Of a stretch of DNA of 35,143 nt, positions 25,324 to 35,143 are shown one piece after another. Both the position numbers and the translations under genes were made by a program. The stretch covers positions 1-35,143 of the forward strand of contig JAUCBJ010006148.1 in assembly GCA_032718475.1 (NCBI GenBank), written 5' to 3'. Under the pieces are notes generated by a model. The model saw nothing but the letters and a program-made list of their open reading frames with translations. It did no database searches and was not told where the DNA came from. The DNA comes from Nemertoderma westbladi (lineage: Eukaryota; Animalia; Xenacoelomorpha). Each line of letters starts with the position of its first letter. Positions within the stretch are counted from its first letter, which is position 1.

Positions 25324-25434
25324 TGAATGACCTACTGTACTATAGTGCTACTGTGTAGTGCTATTAAGTAGTGCTACTACTGGGTGGTGTCACCGGGTAG
25401 TGTTACTGCTGGGTATTATATATTATAGAACATT

Positions 25435-25560
25435 ATGATAATGCTCTCCATAGCGAAAAATATCAACCGACCATATCATCAGCTGGATGTGTGTGCCCTA
25501 AGACCACTGAGCTATCAGGACGGATGAAGAATTTATTCGCTAAGGAGTGGGCTATCATAA
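25435..25560. mobile_element. Small MITE-like element, degenerate relative of 33329-33443
   Basis: TATGATAATGCTCTCCATAGCGAAAAATATCAACC is the reverse complement of about 33390-33424. Imperfect inverted partner TTCGCTAAGGAGTGGGCTATCATA at 25536-25559. Confidence 0.7.
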
Positions 25561-27061
25561 TATTTAGGCCTTTTACAGTCACTCAAAGGAAAGTACAATA
25601 TATATTTAATTCGCCGTCACCCCACCCCACAAAAATTCATTTATTATTTATAGTTATTATACATACAATAATTCTGGTCTACTAATGCAAAAAATTCACA
25701 TTTTCGAATAACATAATAATAGTAATATAACTAACCATTGTCGATTCCATTGGTTGTTGAGTTCTGCATGTTGCTTTGTATGGTATCCTCATTCACTTTT
25801 ATTTAGGGTCGTAATAGTATTCTACATTTTCAATCATATGCCATTTGGTAATCAGGAAACATATTTTGTAATCAAGTCTAAGTAAAGTACATGCCCGAAA
25901 ACCGAACCATGCATGAGATAGAAGAAATACAAATAAATATGTGTCAGGCAATAATAGTAGGGGAAATAAAAATAATTCGATCCACTAATAAATATATTAT
26001 ATTTATAATGTTACAAGAAGCAAGCCAATTAGTAGGGGAGTGGAAATAAAAAAAAATATTTAAAACCAGTTTTTTATTTTTACAGTACAAGTTAATTTCA
26101 GATATCATATTTTTTTATATTTAATATCATATTCATTCTCACATATCATAAGTCTATGAATATAATGGCACGGTTCTCCTAGAACTGTAGTGGACTATGA
26201 TCTTGGATTCTGATAATTATGATTTACATCACTGATGGTAAAATCTACTGGCGATCCGTGGTATACATTTCAGAAATGGAATCTGATTGCATATCCAGCG
26301 AGTCAAGAGTTACCCCAATGCACTGTATTCACAAGGTTGCAGAAGCAGTTAACAAACAGCGGAGGTAGTAATTGACAGAAAATAGTCAGGAGGTAACCCA
26401 GAAGTAAACTTATTTAAGAAAACTAATGTTTTTAATAAAAATACAGTAATTAATAATAGTAATAAGAGTTATTATAGATTTATAATTTATCCATATTCTA
26501 ATCCATGATCCATATCCATATTTATCATATTCTAATTCTACATGTAATTTTGCCGATGCACATATGTATGTGTTGAAAGTAAACGTGCGTAAAAACAATT
26601 TATATTATCTAACCATGATTGGAATATGTGAAGTATTTCTAATGAATGATACCTGGCAATCATCTTGAGAATTATTATGAAATATTTTAGTAGAACTGTG
26701 ATAAACAAGATATATATAATAGTGCCTTTTTATTAATAACGGAAGTATTCAACCAAAGATATATCTGAAAGTATAAAAATAGAACAATATCATTTAATAA
26801 TCACGCCATAATACGAGACACTGATTTGTTGCAAACTAATAAAAAGTAAAGTTAGTGCAAATGTGGTATTTTTAACGAAATTCAATACAGAAAACCAATA
26901 TTCTAGCAAAGTAGGGGAGAGCAGGGAGGGTTGAAACATGAGGAGGGGTGAATCAGTGCAATATATAGAAGTCACGGATTATGGATTTTTGGGGTCCTGG
27001 GAAATCATACTGGGAATCGAAGTGGGAATGTGATATAAAGTTGAGAAATATATTTGAAACT

Positions 27062-27737
27062 CAATTAAACATAACAATTAGGCCTACTCCAAACAATTAA
27101 ACATAACAATTAGGCCTACTCCAAACAATTAAACATAACAATTAGGCATACTCCAAACAATTAAACATAACAATTAGGCCTACTCCAAACAATTAAACAT
27201 AACAATTAGGCCTACTCCAAACAATTAAACATAACAATTAGGCATACTCCAAACAATTAAACATAACAATTAGGCCTACTCCAAACAATTAAACATAACA
27301 ATTAAGCCTACTCCAAACTATTAAACATAACAATTAGGCCTACTCCAAACAATTAAACATAACAATTAGGCCTACTCCAAACAATTAAACATAACAATTA
27401 GGCCTACTCCAAACAATTAAACATAACAATTAGGCCTACTCCAAACAATTAAACATAACAATTAGGCCTACTCCAAACAATTAAACATAACAATTAGGCC
27501 TACTCCAAACAATTAAACATAACAATTAGGCCTACTCCAAACAATTAAACATAACAATTAGGCCTACTCCAAACAAGTAAACATAACAATTAGGCCTACT
27601 CCAAACAATTAAACATAACAATTAGGCCTACTCCAAACAATTAAACATAACAATTAGGCCTACTCCAAACAATTAAACATAACAATTAGGCCTACTCCAA
27701 ACTCAATTAAACATAACAATTAGGCCTACTCCAAACA
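27062..27737. repeat. 32-bp minisatellite, about 21 near-identical copies (CAATTAAACATAACAATTAGGCCTACTCCAAA)
   Basis: Head-to-tail units without spacers; few point variants. Confidence 0.99.
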
Positions 27738-28158
27738 AAATTCTCATAGTCTTGTGACTACTGAACTCGTGAATGATTTCAGATAAATCTAATTGAAAAA
27801 AATGAAATTTGGTCTGGTCACACAGAATGTATACTTCTCTGGTTATAGGATATAAAACAGTTTAAAGGTAAATAAGATATATATTTCAAAATAACGTTCA
27901 AAAGAAGGAAACTTTAAAAAAATTAATTGTAATACGATAATAATTTACTATTTATTACATGGAAATGGGAAGTTGCTTTATTTTAAATCCACTTTTTTCT
28001 AACATTTTTTAAACCATTTAAACATTTTTTTAAACACTGTAAACATTATTAAAGATTCTATGGGACACTGTATGTATTGTATATCCCGGCTGGATTTATG
28101 TCATTTTATTCTACAGAAAGAAAGTAACACAATAAAATATACTATCGTAAGGGATTAA

Positions 28159-28720
28159 AGGGGGGGGGGGGGGGGGGGTATACAACACCCCATGAACCTT
28201 TTTTTAAAATGGCTGTCAATTAGTGTTACTCCGGGGGTTTTTTCAAATTTGGCAAAATGTAGTCTGTCTGTCTGGTAGTCTTTGTCTGATGGTGTCTTTA
28301 TCTGCTGCATGTCTGCTGATATATCCGACAAAATATAATATAGCAACACGAAATATATCTTTCGCTTTGGGGGTTTTCTGGATGGTAATTACATTTCCGA
28401 TGCCAAGGTGGAAGTTTGGTTGAATTTATTATGTCAATGAGACTGGCTGTCTGTCGGTCTGGTCTGTCTGTTCGAATACCCGTCAACATACAAAAAACAC
28501 ACATTTTAGCTAACATTTTCATTATGGAAATTTTCGGGGTCGCTGATTTCATTACCGATGTCAGTTTTGATGTTTGGCAAAATTTAGTCTATCTGTTTGT
28601 CGGGAAACACATTTTTTCGGGAAAATAATGTTACTTTCGGATTCGCCATTAAATTCGGCACAACAATCGACCAAAAAGGTTTTTGAATTTTTTATCATAT
28701 AAAGTCCATTAATGGTAATG
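28159..28720. mobile_element. Probable non-autonomous DNA transposon fragment
   Basis: Starts TTAA|AGGGG and has an internal duplicated segment with GGTTTTCTGG / TTTTCGGGGTCGCTGATT motifs resembling those in 3917-5314. Second terminus not found. Confidence 0.35.
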
Positions 28721-29802
28721 GTAATGGTAAAGCGCATTAATTACATTAAAGGCAAATACTTTTTAAAAGTCAACACACATGTGTACTTGAAGATATGAGT
28801 ACATGAAAACGAAGAGAGCAAATTAGATCATATATCTCCAAGTTAATAATGTTGATTATCATTTATTTGTATACAATAAATAAGTTAACGAATAAATTAA
28901 TTTTATTGGTTTTTTGATGGTAGTATTAATAGGTTAACAATTCCCATTATTGCCTCGAAAATGTCTGCAGCTGCCTGGTGGTAACACCAGCAGTTGGGTT
29001 ATTATTAACGTACCATTGCACAACCGGATATTATTTTCAGCGAGTTTGTCACACCACCATCAAAAAGATACGAACAATGTACATTTCATGAACGGACAAG
29101 GTTATTTCATACCAGGCCTACTATTGTCACGCATGCTGAATAAGAATAATTTATTATGGAAATTGAACTCACTCATGAATAAAAACAAATGCTTGTTGGT
29201 GGTGTGGTTACTTACACTTACAATATAGCCAGTAAAGTAATGCTATCAATGCAGTGTAATGTAGCAAATTTTAATCATGAATTGACAGGAATTTAATTAT
29301 TTATGTTGGTTTAGTGGATTTAGTTTTGCACGAGTTGGCAGGTTTTTTTCCCAAAGAACAAAACAAAGGGAAAAAGATAAGATATTCGGTTTACTTAAAC
29401 TGTTAATTGTTTAATAAATTAATTGTAAATTAAATTGGTATAACTGTAGTATATGCGAAATCAGATGCTACATGCAGCTGAATTGAGAGATATTGTGGTC
29501 TTGCGCATGCGCAGCCCAACGTCAGGGTCAATGGAAGAAAATTCCTTTGAGATAGCAATTTTAGCAATTATTTAATTTTTTGAAATACATAATCAGTAAT
29601 TGAAATATCTGATATATTATGTATGATATGTGCAGTTTTCATTATAAAATAACCCTTTGTTAATCTCCCTTGTGAAGTTTACCAAAATTTAATCGCTTGC
29701 CACCCTGTTTCATGAGACTCTAGATAAATCGGTAAAATATATACAACCGCCGCGAGACAGGGTGGGGGGGGGGGGGGGGATTGGACACAAATATCATGAA
29801 TT

Positions 29803-29931
29803 GAGTACCAGTTAAATAACTGGGAGCAAATCTTGGGATAGGAGTAGCGACCACCCCTACCCTCGGGTAGCAGCTATCGAAAGAGGAGCCTTCGGGTCGC
29901 CTCCGGCTTCGGCCGACTGTTTGCTTGCTTG
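29803..29931 (+). mobile_element. 5'-truncated SINE/LINE 3' tail (129 bp) with structured hairpins, (GCTT)n end and a 10-bp TSD
   Basis: TSD ATCATGAATT at 29793-29802 and 29932-29941. Hairpins CTACC-CTCG-GGTAG and two C(TTCG)G loops. Tail TTTGCTTGCTTG. Confidence 0.8.
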
Positions 29932-29946
29932 ATCATGAATTAATTA

Positions 29947-30120
29947 ATTAAGGAATTTGGAGCCATGGGATTTGTAATTAAGGAATTTGGAGCCATGGGA
30001 TTTGTAATTAAGGAATTTGGAGCCATGGGATTTGTAATTAAGGAATTTGGAGCCATGGGATTTGTAATTAAGGAATTCGGGATTATGGGATTTATAATTA
30101 AGGAATTCGGGATTTTGGAA
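29947..30120. repeat. 30-bp minisatellite (ATTAAGGAATTTGGAGCCATGGGATTTGTA), 4 perfect plus about 2 degenerate copies
   Basis: Read directly. Confidence 0.97.
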
Positions 30121-31369
30121 TTAAGGAATTAGGAAATAAATAATTATATAATTTGAAGTTGGAACTAAGGGATTTGGAAGTAAGGAAATTCGAACAACTA
30201 AGTTAATTAACACGAGTAACATGAGTATGCAGCTTACTAAAGGAACAGGTTCAAGAGATTAGTTGCTGGAACTAAAACAATAAACGAAAGTAAAAACGCG
30301 TTAGAATAATTTTATAGGTTTGAAAAGAAGCCGGTTACACTAGGGGATGGATAGAACCAAAACTATCCATATTCCCAAATTCCATATTTCCAGATACCAA
30401 ATTGGATAATAACGATTCCATAATACCAGATCCCAGCTGCCATAAAAAAAATCACTCCAGTTACCACCACAGAATATATATTTTTCTGTGTGTGACCAGT
30501 TCCTACCCATATCTGATAACCACTGGATACACTTTGCTGTAGTACATTTAATCCAATTATTCTAGTTCCATAACTTATTATTCCCTAATGTATCGTTTGT
30601 TTGGCATTATTTTAGTAAGGCAATGTCAGTAAGAATTTCAATCAAAAAGGTAAATCACCAACAGTGACCCACGGGGAGTTGAATGTGACTTATTTCTGTA
30701 AACCCCGGCAGATTAAACACCCCAGGATATCTACCATTAGGATTAGATTACATAAATGCACTACATTGAAATTATCTAAATGCATTGAAAAATTTTAAGG
30801 AAAAACTATCGACCTCAGAACGGTGGTGGTGTGGTTGGATCCAGTTCACAGGATTAATACAGGATAGGATTCCTGGAAACCAAATACTTTGGACTGGTTC
30901 TCCCTTTATATGGATGGATCTGACAAACAGCCAGATACGTTGTTTAATTAAATTATTACTTAGACCCACCACGCACAAGTTGTAAATTTTGTTTCAACAT
31001 CTGTTTAAATTCAAGCGACAACAACTAACAAGGTCTCTCACGAGAGGGGGCCTGTAACATGTTCCCGAAATAAGTTGCTGGGATAGAAGTGAGCCGGAAT
31101 TTAAACAATATCATTAATATCCCATAGCAAATGAATAAAGAATTATTCACTTTTTCACCTATCCATTTCTTTAGTGTTGTTGATACAAAATTCCTATTTA
31201 CATTTATCACTAAATCTACATGGATGAAAAACATACAGTCCCGCTCACCAACAGAGTGCCATCGGATCCGATGGGATCCAACACACTCTGACAGCTTGAA
31301 ACAAGCACAATGCTAACCTACGGAGATTCAGTACTGTTTGATTCTGTTGGAGAAAATATTTCCAACAAG

Positions 31370-31555
31370 TTAAGTCTGTTGGAGCCCATCTGAATCTGTC
31401 TGAAATCCGTTTGAAAGTGTTTGAAATTTCTATTGGATGTTGTTGGAAGCTATCTGAAGTTGTTTGAAGTTGTCTGAAGCTGTTTGAAATTGTCGGAAGC
31501 TGTTTGAATTTGTCTGAAGCTGTTTGACGCCATTGGAATTTGTTGGAATTTGCCA
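31370..31555. repeat. Degenerate 10-bp tandem repeat (TGTYTGAAGY-like)
   Basis: Periodic units such as TGTTGGAAGC, TGTTTGAAGT, TGTCTGAAGC, TGTTTGAAAT. Confidence 0.85.
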
Positions 31556-33233
31556 ATGCCTTACAAAAGCGTAGTTCATTAACTAAATGTCAATCACTTT
31601 AACTCTCAATTGAATTCGAAACAATCGAAACACAGATTTGTTTCATTTAACAATTTTTATTTACATAATTATGTCTTTAATTATATTAATTAATTAACTA
31701 GCATGCATAAACTAATAATAAATTCCTATAATATAAATTCCGATAAATTAATATAATAACACCAACACGTTTTTAATTCCTTAATTAGAAATGTAAATAA
31801 TGCTATAAATATATTAGTTTCTTTGACGTAGGGCATTACATACTGTACTGCACTTAAACAGATATAAACAGAAACACAAACAAATTAAGCAAACAGTAAA
31901 TATAATTACAATGAGTGAAAAAAAGATTCTTGGTAAATTTTATTAGTTGTGTTGAAAGAGCATCGAAATAGAAAAGGTTTGCACGTAATACTTCTAGCCC
32001 AACTATTTTTTCGCGCACCTACCCTTTGAGCAAAATCTATTCATACAATCAAAAGATATTGCTACTTTCGTGTCTGCAAGTCGTACTCCTAAACTGACTC
32101 AATATCCAATATTGGTTTATGTTGTTAGGCGGCTCTGTAGTTACGTAATAAATATTCGAGTACATTAAATTATTTAATATTGAGTAAGGCAGTTGAGTAA
32201 GGAGTTCATAATTTGATTTGCTCATTTTGCAGAAACTATGGAAGCAATATAGTAAAATTACTACAGTTCAGTTTATCTTGTAATACAGTATCGCTCTATC
32301 TTATATTAAAGAATTGAGCAACCAAAAAGTACCAATTTAAGAATAAAATTACGTATTACATGGGAAAACTTATTTTGAATATTATCACTACCCTTTTTAG
32401 TAATGGGTCGAAAGTCCCCCCTAGCCCTTCACAAGGAAGGGTGGACGTAGGGACGGGGCCCAACGCCAACATATTGTGATAGTTTGTCACATTGGAGGGG
32501 GAGGGGGGGGGGGGGTTGATAAGGGGGCTTTAAGCGTAATTAGCCATTAACATTAATTCCTAGGAAATAAGCTAAAAACCTTAAAAGCTAGGAAATTAGG
32601 AAATATCGCAGGAAATAAGATGAATAATCATAATATACCAGCTGACCAACAAGTATAACAATCTGCCTTGCCTATCTATGTAGGCTTACTGATGTAGGCA
32701 GTTAGGCCTACAGGTGTATGATGACTGTCAATGTGCAATAATCGTAGAGACAGTACAACAGTATCAGATCATGCTGCATTGCTGCACTGATAATTATATA
32801 AAATCGATGCTTAAGAATATTCGTGGGCGACTTCACCTAACAGCCTATGAATTAGCTACCACCCCACAATAAGGACCACTGGACTATGACTAAACCATCC
32901 AGGCGCTTACAGTTTACACTCTTCGATTTTTTGGAACAGCATCATCCTGTCATCTACTGGTACGATTTATCTATTGTGACTTAGAATTTATCTGGCCGCG
33001 GGACAATGTCCCCTAACTGCCCCTAACTAACCGACATTGCAACCAGTGGTGGGAGGGACGACGTTGTCTACGATTTATTCATTGCGATTTCAGGTTTAAC
33101 CGTATAACATCATCTACAACTGCACGATTTATCCACTATGATTTAGAGTTTAACGGGACAACGTTATCTACGATTTAAAAATAAACATTTCTATTCTATT
33201 TCTAATAATAAACATTTAATAATCCATAATCTA

Positions 33234-33242
33234 TTATTATTA

Positions 33243-33274
<32 letters not shown>
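33234..33274. repeat. (TAT)n microsatellite
   Basis: Read directly. Confidence 0.9.
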
Positions 33275-33328
33275 CCAACAATTCACTACAAATTAATAAA
33301 TTGATGCGATTAATTAAAATAGTTAATC

Positions 33329-33443
33329 TATAATGTAAATAGGACAATATGATAATGCTCTCCATAGCAGTAGCAGCCCCAATAGGTTGGGTTGATATTT
33401 TTCGCTATGGAGAGCATTATCATATTGTCCTATTTACATTATA
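33329..33443. mobile_element. MITE-like foldback element with perfect 40-bp arms
   Basis: 33329-33368 is the exact reverse complement of 33404-33443, with a 35-bp spacer. Related copy at 25435. Confidence 0.85.
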
Positions 33444-33489
33444 TATTTAAACTGCGTCACTCACCCCACAACAATTAACTTATTATTAA

Positions 33490-35090
33490 ATGTGTCCATG
33501 CTCGCGTACCACCACCGGATCTTCCCTTCCTCCGCTACCTCCCGCATCTACTCCTCCACCCACTTCTTCTACCCCTACTCATCTACCACCAGGCCCCCTC
33601 CCCTGGCTTTCGACTGGGCCACTCTTGGGGAGTGGGATGTCTTGGCATGGCTGCGGATCTGTAAACAACGACAGCTGCGCCACGTCCCCAGGGCCAAGTG
33701 AACCAACTTCACTGACCTCCTCGCTGACATCCTCGGGGAGGTAGCCACAGGGCCCAATGATCCCCAGGGTGGCTAATACTACTAACTGTTGGCCACCACT
33801 GCCTCGCTACACCCAAACGAGGGAGTCGGCGCCACGCTCGGTCGCTCTCTGCCACAATCAACGCGCAAGTAGCCGCCTTCCGTGCCGACCCCTTCTCAGA
33901 CTCCAACCCCCCTCAACTAGCGGTTGGCGGCAGACGAAGAAGCGTGGCGATGCAGAGCGACTCGCGGCGGCTGTAGCCAAAAAGATTGACGACTCCGACG
34001 TGAAGGGCGCCATCCGGTTGGCGTCCTCGGTGGACTCACTGGCACCCAACACGATGGAGACACTGGAAGCATTGCGGAAGAAACATCACGCACGCAGGGC
34101 CTGACGACCACCGTCCCAACCCGCGGTGATAACCCTCAATGATACGGCCTCGCCTTGCTCCTCTGCCATCACCCGCAGACTCGTTTTGTCATTCCCAAGC
34201 GGAAGTGCCAGAGGACCAGACGGGTTGCGGCCCCAAATACTCAAAGATCTGATCCTGATCTCCCCCACCAATGGAGAGGCCAAGGCCCGTCTTCTACATC
34301 GTCTCGCGGGATTCCTGGATACCACCATCTCTGGAAAAGTTCCCCTCGCCATCCGCCCCACTTTCTATGGTGCGAATCTCTTCACGTTCACGAAGTCAGA
34401 GGGTGGGGTGCGGCCGATCGCCATTGGCAACACTCTGCGCGATTGGCAGGGAAGTACTCCGGCTTCGTTGCCCAGGGACCCTGCACCTCCTCCTATGGCA
34501 CTGTGCAGCTCGGGATTGGCACAAAACTCAGTGCCAAAGCGGCGGCCCATGCAGCAAGGGCACTCTCCTCCTCCCCAAACGCACCCGGTAGTGTGTTGCT
34601 GAAACTCGACTTCAGCAACGCCTTTAACTCCATCCGGTGGGATTCCATGCTCGAGTCAGTAAACCAGCATTACCCCAGCATGTAGAACGCCACGCTGATG
34701 GCGTACGGAGCGCCTAGCTTTCTCCTCCATGGGGACGATACTCTCCTCTCTGAGGAAGGAGTTAAGCAAGGCGATACGGATGGACCTCGGCTTTTCGGCA
34801 ATACGGTGAATTCGTTCATCCAGTCGCTGCAGTCGAGGTTTAACGTCTGGTACCTGGACGACAGGAATCTCTCTGACCACTACCGGGTGGTGTTGGACGA
34901 CCTCAGGTCTGTCATCCTCGAGGAAGATCGTTGCTGAGCAGCTCGCACCTTCCGCCTTCCTGGCTTCCGCGGCTGCCTGCTCTGGTCTCTCCTACTCCCT
35001 CTTTGAGTCTCCAGTGGACGCCCCTTCCCCCTGCTACAACTGTGCCCTCGCTGCGTGGTCGACGACTATCCACAACTATCTGCTACGCCA
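33490..35090 (+). mobile_element. CRE-clade-like non-LTR retrotransposon RT relic, frameshifted and internally deleted
   Basis: DVKGAIRL, SFPSGSARGPDGLRPQILKDL, KSEGGVRPIAIGNTLR, QLGIG, LKLDFSNAFNSI, SEEGVKQGD..GP.LF, WYLDD, then a jump to LAPSAFLAS at about 34940. Much more GC-rich than its flanks. Confidence 0.88.
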
Positions 35091-35143
35091 CTACCACCGT
35101 CTGCGACGCCACCGCCACCGTCCGTGATGCCACCGCCACCACC

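Larger units (their letters stand above)
19694..26902 (-). pseudogene. Multi-exon 7TM receptor, class-B (secretin-like) resemblance, probably pseudogenised; best-supported exons about 26560-26414, 25821-25736, 20397-20366 and 20104-19694
   Basis: Splice phases are mutually compatible (2, 1, 0) and give ...WIRIWINYKSIITLITIINYCIFIKNISFLK-ILLRP*IKV...NGIDN-VHRMKCSKLIK-IFLMCFPINDLLL...IWFFYVFLFSLQLMAVSSIRFCVLLN. Lesions: donor ATAAGT instead of GTAAGT at 26413 and TAA at 25803-25805. Upstream candidate exons (26653-26764, about 26805-26902) have stops and an uncertain frame. Confidence 0.5.

Noticed and set aside
27062-27737. CRISPR-like array of 32-bp repeats
   Set aside because: Units are head-to-tail with no unique spacers, there are no cas genes and the context is eukaryotic.
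30772-31556. Short ORFs as genes
   Set aside because: No recognisable motifs or splice support; 31245-31556 derives from the 10-bp repeat.
32385-32475. Twister-like or other ribozyme in a GC-rich patch
   Set aside because: A hairpin (CCCTTC/GAAGGG) exists but the conserved core and pseudoknots could not be matched by eye.

Overview
This is AT-rich eukaryotic (invertebrate animal) genomic DNA, not a prokaryotic or viral locus. No CRISPR array, rRNA or intact tRNA gene was seen. Most of the window is nested, decayed transposable elements. Non-LTR retroelements: one RTEX/CR1-like LINE relic, one end-to-end LINE with a 15-bp TSD, two RTE-like pieces and a CRE-like RT relic. DNA elements: two Sola2-like transposons (one with both TIRs and a 4-bp TSD), a TTAA-specific piggyBac-type non-autonomous element, a 9-bp-TSD non-autonomous element and a small MITE family. 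There are also SINE-like inserts and several micro- and minisatellites. Host genes, both on the minus strand, are one apparently intact 2-exon 7TM chemoreceptor-like GPCR (13951-15408) and a multi-exon class-B-like 7TM gene that appears pseudogenised (about 19694-26902). Removing insertions at their TSDs restores three reading frames, including a hidden 138-aa ORF at 12833-13745. The most unusual observations are recurrent TA-flanked short motifs that resemble transposon excision footprints, a possible operon-like GPCR pair, and an unexplained structured 290-bp tandem region upstream of the hidden ORF. Family names come from remembered motifs, not database searches. I cannot support a claim of a clearly new biological system from this sequence alone.
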